DNA of 64,000 nucleotides from the human T2T-CHM13v2.0 reference genome, Homo sapiens, in assembly GCF_009914755.1 (NCBI RefSeq), contig NC_060928.1. The stretch is one strand, 5' to 3'. The notes under the pieces are model-generated. The model saw only the letters and a program-made list of their open reading frames with translations. It did not search any database and had not been told where the DNA came from. Positions 25,920-44,108 of this stretch are shown piece after piece. The translations under genes and the position numbers were made by a program. Position 1 is the first letter of the stretch. Each line of letters opens with the position of its first letter.

Positions 25920-27730
25920 AATGATAGCTTGCGTTTACACAGTTCTTATCCTCCCAAGACTTCAAAGGACTTTCATATATATTATCTCATCTGTCTTCTC
26001 AGCATCCCTCAGAAGCGGTAAAGACAGATATGATTATTTCCATGTAGACGGGAAACAACAAGATGTAGATAAGTTATTGCTCTAAGTGGTGACAAAAATC
26101 AGATACTTAAATATCCAATCCAGAGCACTCTTTGGTAAACTTTGGTACTATGCTTTCACACGGATATATATACATGTGTCTGATTATCATTTTCCTTCAA
26201 ACCTTGTTTCTTCTCCAGTTGCCATGATATTGGTAAATGATAGCACTCTTCATTCAGTTGTTCAAACTAGAAACCTAGGGGTCATCTTTGATTTCCCTTT
26301 TCCTCTCCATCAATTCTGCTAGCTTCTCCCAAAATATATTTCAATTTATACCCACTTTCCTTTGCCTCCAGTGCAAGTTTATTTAAGCCACCATCACCCT
26401 TTGTCTCTGTCCGTCCTAAACCAGCCTCTCTGTTTCCACTCTTGTCCCCATAATCTCACCCAGAATGTAGTAACATTCAGAGTGAGCAACAAAAAATGCA
26501 TAACATATCAGTTACTACATTGCTCCAAACTCATCAATTACTTCCCATCATGCCTGAAATTTAGAGTCAAACATAGTCTTTGTCTTACAAGACTCACTGC
26601 CACTTGGACCCTGCACCACTGCATCCCAGCATAGTACTCTTTCTGTCTTCTTTGCAGCACTTTTTGTGGTCTAATTTTTTTGATTCCTTATTTATTGCCT
26701 ATCTTCTTTACCTGAATATAAGTTCCCTGAAGTCAGTGACTGGGTCTGTCTTCTTTACCATTACGTCCTTCACAGCCAACACATAGTGGGTTCCAGTAAC
26801 TAATTCTCAAATAAGGAGTTAATCAAGTATACAGTTACATTTCTTGCTATCCTAAATCTACATAGATATTTAGTACCTCACTGCCCTACAGATGGGAAAT
26901 CAGGCAAGCAATGTTCCAAGTTCCATTGAGAGTCTTTCTTATAAACTATCAATCAGTAAGTTTGATGTAGAAGATGAGGACACATGATTCTTGATTCTTC
27001 CTCTTATGTTTCACAGTTAAGCTGCAGAAACAGCTTAACACCAGCTCTGTAACACAGAACATAAACGCAATGCCAGTTTATCTTTATTCAAGGTCTTAGT
27101 TAATGACGTCACCATCCCCTCAGTTCCCCAGGCAAGCAAGAAAATGCAGATTATCTTCAGCTTCCCCTTCCCCCCCGATCCCTCCCCCTCCTACCATCCA
27201 GATGGATGATCCAGAGAGCATCAGAAGTGCTTCTTACATCTCTCTTTTCCTCCCAATCCTTATTTCAGTCCTGCCTATCTCCTACTTGGACAATAAGTAT
27301 CTGCTTCCATTTCTCTCTAGTGTACCTGATTATGGAGAGAGCTTTGGAGTCAACGTTTCTACAACCTACTAACTGGGTGACCTTGGGCAAGTTTCCAGTC
27401 TTCTGTGCCTGAGTTCCCCCTGTAAAATAGGTATAACAATACTACCTACCACAGAGTTTTTGTGGTGATTTTATATACATTAATAAAAATGAAATGCTTA
27501 AAACTATGCCTGACACATGGTAAGTGCTTAATTAATGACAGTATTATTTTTATAGATCCACTACCTAACTGAATGACTTTGCAAATTTCTTTAATTTTTT
27601 TGAGTTTCAACTTCCTTATCTATACAAATGGATATAATATATACTTTGAAAGCCTGATGTAAAAAAACTAGGGACAAAATGAAAAGCCTAGTATAGCACC
27701 TTCCTGGCACTTAGTAGGGACCCAATAAAA
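25920..27730. mobile_element. Cluster of MIR and L2 fragments
   Basis: MIR core (CTGGGTGACCTTGGGCAAGTT...CTGTAAAATAGG at ~27370-27430) and L2 motifs (AAACCTAGGGGTCATCTTTGATT at ~26270); individual boundaries not resolved. Confidence 0.65.
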
Positions 27731-28167
27731 TGTTTGTTTCTTGCCTTTTTTACTACGTATCTGTCTGCATCTGTTTCCATATAATTAGGAAGTGGATTGG
27801 ATTTTATCTAAGGTTCCTTCCAGCGTTAATTATTTCCATCCCAACTGCACAAAGGACATCTAAGGGCAATGGAATCCCCTTGTATAAAGCCAAGTGGTCA
27901 TGAGGCACCATAGTTGTCAGGAAACTGGGCTCTTAGAGTCAGGCAAGCCCAGAGAGGCTATTTTGGTCTGCAGTAGTGGGAAGGTGGTGCAAACTCCACT
28001 GTCTGGCAAAAAAATCTGAGCAGATGGAATATTTATAGGCACTCCCCAAGGATTTCAGTTCGATCAGGAAGGATGCTAGGAAGAAAGTTAGACTGATGAG
28101 TAGGAGGTAACTGAACTGCATCTTCCTCCAGCCTTCTTGAAACAGGTCTGAACATTTGAGAAGCTGT

Positions 28168-28472
28168 TTTTTGGGTTGGTTTGTTTTGTTTTGTTTAAGA
28201 CAGGGTCTTGCTTTGTCACCCAGGCTACAGTGCAGTGGCACAATATCACTGCAACCTCCACCTCCCAGCTCAAGCGATCCTCCCACCTCAGCCTCCCGAG
28301 TAGCTGGGACTACAGGCACACACAACCATGCCCAGCTAAGTTTTTGTATTTTTGGTAGAGATGGGGTTTTGCCATGTTTGCTAGGCTGGTCTTGAACTCC
28401 TGAGCTCAAGCGATCCACCCGCCTTGGCCTCCCAGAGTGCTGAGATTACAGGCATGAGCCACCACACCCGGC
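28168..28472 (-). mobile_element. Alu (AluJ-like)
   Basis: Reverse dimer with GAGAAGCTGT on both flanks. Confidence 0.93.
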
Positions 28473-29743
28473 TAGAGAAGCTGTGTTTGACAATGAAATA
28501 TCTGGAGAAAGTTAGAGTTCTCTATACGGACTAATTCTAACCCAGCCTTCAGGGAGAGATTCTTGAGGTTTAATGCAATCAGAACCACCTGAAACACTGG
28601 TTTAAAATTCAGACGCGCTCGCCTCATCCCTGGAGAGTTAGTAGGTCCAGCCTGGGTTCAAGAATCAGGTGATTCTCATGTACATGATGCTGGGACCACA
28701 AACTGAGAAACACAAAGGTAGGCTTGTCCAGAGGCACATTTAAAAGGAAATAACCCAGGCACTGACCAGGGAAGCTAATTTTAAAAGGGCACTCTAGGGC
28801 TTTGTTTTTGTTGAGAAGGATATGGGATCTATGAGCCAGAGCTAGTTTGCTAGGGACAATAGGAGAGGGATTGAGTGTGGCCACCTCCATTCATTCCAGT
28901 CTGTGCCCCTCTTCCCTGCCCACCCTCCATACAGCACTCAGCCTCTCCTCTTAATAAATGCTGGACAGATTTTTTAAAGGATATCAGTTTTAAAAGGGAG
29001 CTAAAATATTAGCCTGCCCAGAGAAACACACACGCTGGCCCCAGCCCACTCCAGGACCCCAAATGTGAACAGAGGTCACCCGTGTCAAGCCTCAGAAGGT
29101 CCTGTTGTTTAGTACTGTTAGATTTCAACAAAAACATGCCTGAAAATTAGATGCCTCTAATATATTTCTGACCAAAGTTCAAAGATAAATTTAACCTATA
29201 TGAGGAAAAAAAAATAGGAGTTGTTCCTTTCTATTAAAACTAATTTTTCTTGTCAAATGCCATTATCATTTTAAAAGTTCAAACCTTGAAGTGGTCTTTT
29301 TGCTCACAAGCAAACTTTACCTAAACCAAAGTATTAGGGAGAGACTAGATAAATATCCATCACTTTATCTAACCATCTTCAGGAAATGAAATTCCATAAT
29401 CTTCCTCGGTAACCATCTTTATATATTAAAGATTATTTATCAATTTTCAGATTTCTTTCTTTCTGATCAAATTTAAAGATAATGGTAAACTTTTCTAATG
29501 CATCTAAATAGGCCAGCTTAAAAATACACACAAAAAGCAAACATGTGCATGGATTCACCAGAAACTCAAAAATTATGACCCAGGTTTCTTTTTAAATTAT
29601 AGTGTTAGGCAAAGGATGTTGGCCGCCTTTATCAGTTTTACCCACCCTAATTCATATGTGTAATCAAATACAAGCCTATATTCTCTGATTCCATAATGAG
29701 TAGAAATGATCCCATCATAACATTTTCTTCTGTTTATAGCTAA

Positions 29744-30135
<392 letters not shown>

Positions 30136-31375
30136 TGATAGAGTATCTGATACATTTATTACAAAGCTTTCCCCATGTAAATTATACATATAATAAAAGT
30201 GCTGAGTAACTCATCAAAAAATTTAGTAATGATTGATGTTACTGAATTAAACCTAAGTGTAGCAATATAGAAAATAATGTTTTAAATAATCTTTCTCAAA
30301 TAATCTCTTTCCCCTGTAATTCAAATAAAAGGCTGTAGAGTGTTTAAAAAAATAGGAACCCAAGATGATATCAGTCCAGTTGACATTCTTTCTCTTTGAC
30401 AAGATTGTAGAAGACTAAAGATTAAGATAATTTCCTTGTTTTCCATAATGCTTTTATGCAAAAATGATGATTTGCATAATTTCTTTTCAGTCTCAATTGA
30501 ATTTCTGAAGCTATTTTTCAAGCAAACTTCCACATGTCTCCAGTGTACACCATCTGTCTCATCTCTCTTTCTCTCCTTTTTTAAAGTATTACAATTATCT
30601 TGTAACAGGCACTGTCAAATCTTTATTCCCCAAGGATTCTTTCTTTTGATAAATGAAAAGGAACTGTATATATTGTTATGTGTAGTTGTATGAATGTGAC
30701 AGGGGTTAAGGAAAGGTTAGATGTTCAAAGCTGTTATGGCTAAGTTGACATATTAGAGGAAATGTGATCAGGTAAGTTGGCCAGAGTTTTAAAATCAGAT
30801 CCTTCACTATAGGAAAATGAAGAAATGTTTAGTCAAAAGGTCAGGGGGAGGGAGGATCTTAAAGCAAAGAAGAATTTGAAAATAGTCTGTGGCCCATACT
30901 ACAAAGCATTAAAGAAAATATGGGGAAAAAAGAGGGATGGCTTTACTCACAAGCTGCAAATTACTTATAAAGCCTATTGGCATTTGGAAATGGTTGATGC
31001 TTTTACTAGGAGAATCAAGTTTTATGTTTACATAGTAAGTATATACTCAGCAGTAACTTCCAGGAAATCACATGGATTGCCAAGAAAAAGTCCTTATTGA
31101 AGCATTATTTAGAAAAAAAATCCTGCCAAAAACATTAAAGAGGCTTTTTAAAAATTGAAGTTCACAAGGAAATGCAATAGATAGAATTTATGTAGTACTC
31201 AGAATTTACAACTAATATATTTTATAGCATTTCATAAAACTTTTATTTGCAACTCAATTTCAATCAATTTGTAAAGCTCCAATTACTAAAAGTATAGTTA
31301 AAGTTACAGCTTTCCAGAATTATTAAAGAATGGTTCGCCTTAAAAAACCAACTCTTATTTGGAGGAAAACAATTA

Positions 31376-31783
<408 letters not shown>

Positions 31784-31922
31784 TTACAGATGACTGTGAG
31801 CCATCATTATAAACATCAGTTACTGTACAAATGTAGTAGTTAAGACTATAGAGTCAGACAGACTTGGGTTTGAATCCTGGCTCAAAATTTCTACTTATGT
31901 GACTTTAAGAAAGATATTTAAC

Positions 31923-32225
<303 letters not shown>

Positions 32226-32345
32226 TTAAGCCTTAGAAACTATCTTAAGAAACTAAGATATGAGCCTTAGTTTCATTGTCTGTAAAATGGAGATAATGGT
32301 ATCTACCTCATAGGTTGTCGTGAAGCTTAAAACAGATAATACATT

Positions 32346-32667
<322 letters not shown>

Positions 32668-33315
32668 AAAGAGGTAATACATTCGAGTGCTTAGTGTATT
32701 TACATGGGACTTAGAACTCAGTAAAGCTTAACCAGTCCTGGTATTATTAGTATTAGTGTTGGTATTGCCATGATTATTTTGCCTTGAGGCTTTTAGTAGC
32801 AGTTTTCTCTTGATAACACTAGAATTCTATATTTTTAAATCTTGCACAGTCATGCCACAGAGTGACTTTTCCATCAACAACACACTGCATATATGATGGT
32901 GGTCTCACAGAATTATAATGGAGCTGTAAAATTCCTGTTGCCTAGTGAAGTTGTAGCCGTCATAAAGTCATAGTGCAACGTGTTAATCACATGTTTCTGG
33001 TGATGCTGGTGGAAACAAGCCTATTGTGCTGCCAGTGGTATAACAGCATAGCATATACAGTTATGTATGGTACAGAATACTTGCTAATGGTAATAAATGA
33101 TTATGTTCCTGGATTATGTATTTCCTCTACTATACTTTTTAATCATTATTTTAGAGTGTACTCCTACTTATTAAAAACAAAACTAACTGTGAAACAGCTT
33201 CAGGCAGGTCCTTCAGGAGGCATTCCTGAAGAAGACATTGTTATCATAGGAGATGACAGCTCCATGTGTGCTATTACCCCTGAAAACCTTCCAGTAAGAC
33301 AAGATACGGAGGTGA

Positions 33316-33681
<366 letters not shown>

Positions 33682-33729
33682 TATGTCTTCATTTTTAACA
33701 AAGAAGTTTAAAATGAAAAAAAAAATATT

Positions 33730-34066
33730 AAAGAATGAAATCATGTCTTTTGCAGCAACATGGATGGAGCTTGAGGCCATTAACCCAAGTGAACTCAGAA
33801 ACAGAAAACCTAATACCACATGTTCTCATTCATAAGTGGGAGCTAAACAATAAGTACACATGGAAATAAAGGTGGAAATTATAGACATTGGGGACTCCAA
33901 AAGGAGGGAAGGTGGATGAGGAGCAGGGATTTAAAAAGTACCTGTTGAGTACAATGCTCACCATTTGGGTAATAGGTACTCTAGAAGTTTAAACTGCACC
34001 AGTACACATATACCCATGTGACAAGCATGCGCAGGTACTCCCTGAATCTATAATAAAATAAAAAAA
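33730..34066 (+). mobile_element. 5'-truncated L1 3' end inside Tigger3
   Basis: AAGAATGAAATCATGTCTTTTGCAGCAACATGGATGGAGC...CCCTGAATCTA followed by an A-rich tail. Confidence 0.88.
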
Positions 34067-35222
34067 TTTAATAGAGAAAAGCTTGTAGAGTAAGGATATA
34101 AATAAAATATTTTTGTATAGCTGTACAATGTGTTTGTGTTTTAAGCTGTATTATTGCAAAGGAGTAAAGAGATTTTTAAAGAGTTTATAAAGTAGAAAAG
34201 TTACAGTAAGCAAAGATTACTATACTATTGGAGAAATAAATTTTTTTTATAAATTTAGTGTAGTTTAAGTGTACAGTGTTTATAAAGTCTACAGTGGTGT
34301 ACAGTAATGTCCTAGGCCTTCACACTCACCCACCACTCACTCACGGACTCACTCAGAGCAGCTTCCAATCCTGCAAGCTCCAATCACGGTAATTGTCCCT
34401 AGACAGGTGTACCACTTAAAACATCTTTTATACCCTATTTTTACTGTGTCTTTTCTGTTTAGATACACAGGTATTTACCACTGTGTCACAGTTGCCTGCA
34501 GTATTGAGTACAGTAACATGCTGTACAGATTTGTAGCCTAGGAGCAATAGGCTAAACCATATAGCCTAGATGTGTAGTAGGCTATACCTTCTACATTTGT
34601 GTAAGGGTACTCTATGATGTTTGCACAAAGATGAAATCACCAGTGACACATTTCTCAGAACATATCACTGTTGTTAAGCTATGCATGACTGTACTTAGAA
34701 ACTTTTCTTTTGTTTTCTCTTTCTTCTCTTTTTACAGCCATCAGAAGCCGCCCAAACCTTTAATGGTGAGGGTTTGGAAGTGCCATATAGGAGGAAGAGT
34801 TTTGGAGGGCCCACTCCAACCATACTGCTTTGCCAGCACCTTTACTTCTCTGATATTGCTGAGCTCCAGACCCAGATTTCATTGACGTGATTCTCATTGT
34901 AAGAACCTGATCCTAAGTCTTTACACATTCTTGGCCTGTGCCATCCTCTGATGCTTGACTCTTACGTTTGGAATCCTCCTCTCCTACTCACCACCTCTTC
35001 ACCCACTTTTGGTAAATAATCTTTCCCTGTAGATTTTATCTTTAATTCTTCTTGGACCTCCGTTCTCACATTTTTTTTTCTGAGCATGTTAGTCACTTGT
35101 CTTGCTTCCAACTGCTGGTTTTCTCAGATCCAGCCTTATTACTTGAGGCTTGGCAGCAGACGATTTCTTCTCACTGTTTCCACAGTAGCAGTCTTTCTCA
35201 CTTAGTTTATCCACACTGCTAG

Positions 35223-35619
<397 letters not shown>

Positions 35620-35759
35620 CTTCATCTCCTTTTTCTTACCTGTATCCATCATTCCCTCCTAACCAATGTAATGGCTATGTGGCTTGCTTTCCTATCTTTC
35701 TACATGCTCATGTAACCATTTATAAAGCATATGTACATATAAAGAAAAAAAGAGGATTC

Positions 35760-36068
<309 letters not shown>

Positions 36069-36219
36069 GGATTCTGTTTTATACATATACATTTCTCTGC
36101 ATCTTGCTTTTCCTCTCTAAAACTATATATTGTAAGAATCCTATTCAGTCAACTGGCATAGAGCTGACTTATTCTAATGGCTGCATAGTTTTCCATGAGA
36201 TGATTGTATCCCAATCATT

Positions 36220-36546
36220 TTTCTTTTCTTTTTCTTTCTTAATTTTCTTTTCTTTTTTTTCTTTCTCACTCTGTCTCCCAGGCTGGAGTGCAGTGGCACT
36301 ATCACAACTCATGGCTCACTGCAGCCCTGATCTCCCAGGCTCAAGCAATCTTCCCACCTCAGCCTTTCCACCATGGGAGGCACACACCACCGTACCCAGC
36401 ATTTTTTTTTTATTTTTATTTTTTATTGGTAGAGATGGAGTCTCACTATGTTTCCCAGGCTGGTCTTAAACTCCTGGGATCAAGCATCCTACTGCCACAG
36501 CCTCCCAAAGTGCTGGGATTACAGGCATGAGCCACACCCCCAGCCC
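36220..36546 (-). mobile_element. Alu (AluJ-like, diverged)
   Basis: Reverse dimer with CAATCATTTT on both flanks. Confidence 0.88.
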
Positions 36547-36847
36547 GCAATCATTTTGCTGTTAGTAGTCATTCATTATTTTGTTTTTTGCTATGAAAAA
36601 CAAAGCTGCAATAAACATTCCTGTTTCTATATCCTTACGTAGAGAATGGATTCTTCAGGATGGAATTTGCTGGTCAAGGGGAATGCGTATTCCTAATGGA
36701 TGTTGCCACATTTCATACCACAAAAATGGAACATTCAGATATCTATCATGAAAGCATGAAAGTATCCATTCCACATTCCCAAATCACCCTTGCTGGCTGT
36801 TGTGCTTTTACATTTGTATTACTTTGGTAGGTGCCTCATGATATCTG

Positions 36848-36906
36848 ATATACATATATGTACATATTATATATATGTGTATATATGTATGTATGTGTGG
36901 TTATAT

Positions 36907-36937
<31 letters not shown>
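36848..36937. repeat. (TA)/(TG)n compound microsatellite
   Basis: TA-rich stretch followed by a TG run at 36909-36937. Confidence 0.93.
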
Positions 36938-37524
<587 letters not shown>

Positions 37525-37575
37525 AGTATTTTAAATTGCATTTTTTCCTGACTACTAGTAATCTCTTTTAATTAG

Positions 37576-37919
<344 letters not shown>

Positions 37920-38295
37920 TGAATTGATTAGTGTTTATCTCCTCAGTTTAATAAGGGCTTTTTGTATGTTAAAAAGTTAACCACTTATCTGATATTTGCA
38001 TTGCTAATACTTTTCCCAGTTGGTAAATAGTCTTTTCACTTTCTCTATAACTTTTTAATTTTAAACAATTTTGAAACACTTTCAAACTTACAGAAAAGTT
38101 GCTAGTACAATATAAAGAACTTTTATTTTCCTGAGCCATCTCAGAATAATTTGCCAATGTGATGCCCTGGCATCTCACAGACATTCTCCTACATAACCAC
38201 AATACAACGATCAAAATTGGGACATTAACATTCATATATTGTGATCAGTAAATTTTGCTAATAATAATAATAATCCCCAATAATATCCTCTAGAT

Positions 38296-38833
38296 CAGTA
38301 GTCCCCAAACTTTTTGGCACCAGGGACTGGTTTCATGGAAGACAATTTTTCCACAGACCAGGGGTGAGGGGGTGGTTTCAGGATGATTCAAGTGCATTAT
38401 ATTTATCATGCACTCTATTTCTATTATTATTACATTGTAATATATGATGAAATAATTATGCAACTCACCATAAGAATCAGTAGGAGAAATAATTATGCAA
38501 CTCACCATAAGAATCAGTGGGAACCCTGAACCTGTTTTCCTGCAGCTGGACAGTTCCATCTGTGGGTGATGGGAGATAGTGACAGATCATCGGGCATTAG
38601 ATTCTCATAACCTAGTGCACAACCTAGATCCTTCGCATGCACAGTTCACAATAGGGTTCATGCTCCTATGAGAATCTAATGTCACTGCTGATCTGGCAGG
38701 AGGTGGAGCTCAGGAGGTAATGCAAGTGATGGGGAGCAGCTGTAAATACAGAAGTTTAGCTTGCTTGCCCGCCACTCAACTCCTGCTGTGTGACACAGTA
38801 CCAGTGATGGCCCCTAGGGGTAGGGGACCCCTG
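38296..38833 (+). mobile_element. MER1A-like hAT-Charlie DNA transposon with an internal duplication
   Basis: Termini CAGTAGTCCCCAA...TAGGGGACCCCTG; internal TTTTTGGCACCAGGGACTGGTTTCATGGAAGACAATTTTTCCAC; identical 33-mer at 38449-38481 and 38486-38518. Confidence 0.88.
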
Positions 38834-39701
38834 CTTTAAGAGAAAAAAGCCATCCCATTCAGAAGCACACATTGCATTTCTTTCTCATGTGTCTTTAATT
38901 TTCTTCAACTTGGAAATTATTTCTCATTCTTGAATTCTTTTTAAGTTTATAGGCCAGATATATTGTAGAATTTGGGTTTGAAAATATTCCTCATTATTAG
39001 ATTCAAATTATGCACCTTTGGAAAAAAATTCAATGAAGCAAGAAGCAACATTGTATTCCTCGTGTCAGATGGCACATGCCTTGGATTTGTTGTCCAATTT
39101 GATAGCTTATTTAAGATGATGTCTTTTCTTCTTCTCCAGCATGAATTTATGTTTTCTTTCTCTAGTATTCTTTCAGGAAGTACTTTGAAACTAAGTAAAT
39201 ACTCTCTTATCAAACTTTTAATTTATTCATATATTTATATGTACCAATAGGTACTCATGGTTCTTAATTTCCTTCAAAGGACTATATGTGTTACTATCAT
39301 TAATTCATAATTTTGATGCTTAATTTCTCCCAGTCCAGTGAAGGAAAATGATAGCCAGAAACACAGGTGTAACAACAGGCTTATTGACTTAGCCGGGCTT
39401 AATAGGGTGTAGTCAGGGAACAGCTTTGTTTTCTTCCACTCTTGCCTCAAGCATTTTTTGTCAGAAACATTTTCCTTGCTCTTGGTGACTTTTCCGATAG
39501 ATCCCATGAGTTTTTCAGTCACTTCAGATTCTAACAACACTACCATTTTTAGATTATGTAGTTCCATCCAACCTAAAGTAAAACCTCAGTATCTCATCCA
39601 ATTCAAAGTTTATCCTCTCTCCCTAGCTCAGGCCTGATTCACTACCTTCCATGCCACTGGCTAGGAGGGGTCTGATTGCTCCTGTTACCTACCTGCCCCC
39701 C

Positions 39702-40045
39702 TGTATTAGTCTGTTTTCACACTGCTATAAAGATACTACCCGAGACTGGGTAATTTATAAAGGAAGGAAGTTTAATTGACTCACAGTTCTGCATGGCTGG
39801 GGAGGCCTCAGGAAACTTATAATCATGGTGGAAGGGGAAGCAGACACCTTCTTCACAAGGTGGCAGGAGAAAGCGAAGGGGGAAGAGCCCCTTGTAAAAC
39901 CACCAGATCACATGAGAACTCACTCACTATCATGAGAACAGCATGGGGAAACTGCCCCCCGATCCAGTCACCTCCCTCCCTCTACACATGGGGATTACAA
40001 ATTAGAGATGAGATTTGGGTTGGGACACAGAGCCAAACCGTATCA
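39702..40045 (-). mobile_element. MaLR solo LTR (THE1D/MSTA-like)
   Basis: TGTATTAGTCTGTTTTCACACTGCTATAAAG...GGGACACAGAGCCAAACCGTATCA; 5-bp TSD CCCCC. Confidence 0.92.
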
Positions 40046-40396
40046 CCCCCACAAGGCTCCTCCAGAGTTGGGGTGGGCAGTGTGGGGGCGGGGAAGAAGG
40101 CACGCCAGCAGCACTGTTTGCACTTTTCCCTTGCCTGTCATATGACCTCTCTCACATCACATTTTCAAATTCTAGTTCTTTCTTGGTGTGCGGCAGTTGA
40201 GCCTTTGGAGATTTCCCTGAAATTTTATCTCTTTGGGGGAGTCTTACATAAGAATCAGCTTTTAGATTTATTTCCCCTTTATACTTTGTTTTCTGTTCAT
40301 TAATTTTCATCTTTATTCTCTCTTCCAAATTTATGTTTTGTTTATTTTGGTGTTCTTGTTCTAAATTTTTTAACTGGACCTTAAATATTTTTTAAC

Positions 40397-40646
40397 TTTT
40401 TTTCCTTTTTTTTTGAGACAGAGTCTCACTCTGTCACCCAGGCTGGAGTGCAGTGGCACGATCTCGACTCACCGCAACCTCTGACTCCTGGTTCAACCAT
40501 CATGCCTGGCTAATTTTTGTATTTGTTGAAGAGGCAGGGTTTCACCATACTGGCCAAGCTGGTCTCAAACTCCTGACCTCAAGTGATCTGCCTGCCTTGG
40601 CCTCCCGAAGTGCTGGGATTACAGGGGTGAGCCACTGTGCCTGGCC
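40397..40646 (-). mobile_element. Alu with an internal deletion
   Basis: Jumps from CCTGGTTCAA to CCATCATGCCTGGC at ~40496. Confidence 0.88.
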
Positions 40647-40766
40647 TAAATTTTTTCCTTAATAATAAAATATTTAAGGCTATGAATTCCCATAGGAATA
40701 ATTTGAACTATGTTGTGTATATTTTGGTATGAACTTTTTCCTCATTGCTTTGTATATGGTTTGTAA

Positions 40767-41224
<458 letters not shown>

Positions 41225-41650
41225 TAATCAGGGAATGTGGCCTATAAAATCTCTACTCCTGTATATTGACTTAGATATCCTTTGGAAACAAAAACAAGAT
41301 TAACTTTTGTAAATGTTCCATTAAAACACAAAAGAAATATAGTTATGAAATGTAACATTCCATACATGTTTTAGGTCAAATTTGTTGTTTGTTTTATTCT
41401 ATTCTTCTGTTTCTATTTATTTTGTCTGTTAGATATATGTGAGTCTGAAAAAGGTGTGTTAAAATCTCCTAACATAAAGATTATGCTTTATATGTTTAGC
41501 TACTACAATGATTGGTGAACATGACTTATGATTGTTATACCTCTGTTATCAATTTGCCTTTTGTCATTACATATTAATATGCATGCTGTTTGGACCGCTA
41601 ATAGGACCGCTAGACTTGACTTCTTTTGATTTATATTTATCTGGTGGATC

Positions 41651-41979
<329 letters not shown>

Positions 41980-41997
41980 TCACTTTGTTTAAAGTGA

Positions 41998-42308
<311 letters not shown>

Positions 42309-43221
42309 TAACGTGGGTTTCTTAAGTAATATGTGTTTGGGTTTTGATTTTTAAATCACACCGTCAGTTGCCACTAGTTATTATCCTACTACTTTCTGAT
42401 ATTAAAGTTGTAGTTAGAAATCTAAAGCCAGTCTTAATCTTTTTCTATGTAAACAATTTGTTCTTTCTATCTAGAAGACTGTAGAACTTTGTCATTACCC
42501 TTGGAATTACAACACAGTAATGGAATCTCTAGTGTGTTCCGGTTTTCATCCCCTGTTCCTTGAAACTCAAAGAATTCTGAGGATGAAACTCTTTCTTTAG
42601 CTCTGTAAAATTTTCTTCACCTGTTTGTTTAAATATTGTCTCTCCTCCTTCGATTGCTTTACTCTTCTGAAATTCCTATTTATTTACAAGTTACAACTTC
42701 TAGATCCATCTTCTGGTTCCTTTATATTTGCTTTTTTGATGTCTGACTTTAAATGTTTGCTTTTTTGAGAGATTTCTTTCCCTTGTACTTCCAGACCTCT
42801 GTTCACTTCTCAATAGTTACCATACACTTTTTCAGTACATCTGCTATATTTTTAAACTTAAAAAATCATGTTCTTGAGTTCCAGTTTAACGCTGTAATTG
42901 AAGCTCCTCAATTGCACTAATTACTTTTTCTGTTCAAGTTGCCATGCCCTTTTTCAGCAGTTCTATTTTGCTGGCAACCGCCATTTCTGGATGCTCTGCT
43001 CACTCTTCCCCATTCTGGCTTTGTTGTTCCTTTGCCTATGTTATTCACCTGGGGCCAGGTCTTCAGCAGCAGCTATCTCTTGAGTACAGGAGGCTCCATG
43101 GTCTCTGATCCTGTAGACAGACAAGTCTTCAGCTGGAAAATGCTTATCTTATCTTCTCTGCTCCCCAGTTTCCTTAGCTACAAAGGTTAATTTTCTCTTA
43201 GTTGTAAAGATACAAAGTCTT

Positions 43222-43365
43222 TTTTTTTTATTTAAATTTTAAAAATAATTGAGACGGAGTCTCGCCATGTTGCCCAGGCTGTTCTCAAACTCCTGAACTC
43301 AAGCAATCTACCCGCCTCAGCCTCCTAAAGTGCTGGGATTACAGGTGTGAGCCACCAAGCTTGGC
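43222..43365 (-). mobile_element. Alu left monomer (FLAM-like)
   Basis: Single monomer flanked by a long TSD, AAAGATACAAAGTCTT. Confidence 0.88.
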
Positions 43366-43531
43366 CAAAGATACAAAGTCTTATTTCATTCGCCACTCCT
43401 TGAGGGCCAGAGAGACCAGCAAGTCCTTCTAGGTACAGGTGTGTCAGCTGTAGGCTGGGTTGCTGGGTAGAATATATTACATGGGACAGACTTACATAAA
43501 AAGAATTATTCATTATTGATCTAAAATTCAA

Positions 43532-43752
43532 TTTTTGTTTTGTTTTGTTTTTGAGACAGGGTCTCACTCTGTCACCCAGGCTGGAGTGCTGGAGTGCAAT
43601 CAGAACTCACAGCAGCCTTGACCTCTTGGGCTCAAGCAATCCCTTATCCTCAGCTCCCTGGAGTAGCTGGGATTATAGGTACGCACCACCATGCCTGGCT
43701 AATTTTTGTATTTTTTGTGGAGATGGGGTTTCCCTTTGTCGCCCAGGCTGGT
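43532..43752 (-). mobile_element. 5'-truncated Alu (AluJ-like)
   Basis: Right arm plus part of the left arm. Confidence 0.85.
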
Positions 43753-43810
43753 GAAGGTGGAATTTAGCTGTGTGTTCTTTCTCTCTTTTGGGTAAATTTG
43801 GCTGCCCTAA

Positions 43811-44108
43811 GGCCAGGCGTGTTGGCTCATACCTGTAATCCCAGCAATTTGAGAGACTGAGGTGGGCGGATCACTTGAGGTCAGGAATTCAAGACCATCT
43901 TGGCCAACATTGTAAAACCCCCGTCTCTACTAAAAATACAAAAATTAGCCGGGCGTGGTGGCAGTTGCCTGTAACCCCAGCTACTTGGGAGGCTGAGGCG
44001 TGAGAATCACTTGAACCCTGGAGGCGGAGGATCAGTGAGCCCGAGATCACACCACTGAACTCCAGCCTGGGCAACAGAAAGAGACTGTCTCAAAAAAAAG
44101 AAAAAAAA
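43811..44108 (+). mobile_element. Alu (AluS-like)
   Basis: Full dimer with an A tail. Confidence 0.93.

Noticed and set aside
39776-40303. 175-aa plus-strand ORF
   Set aside because: It is mostly an antisense read of the MaLR LTR running into flanking sequence, with no coding signature.
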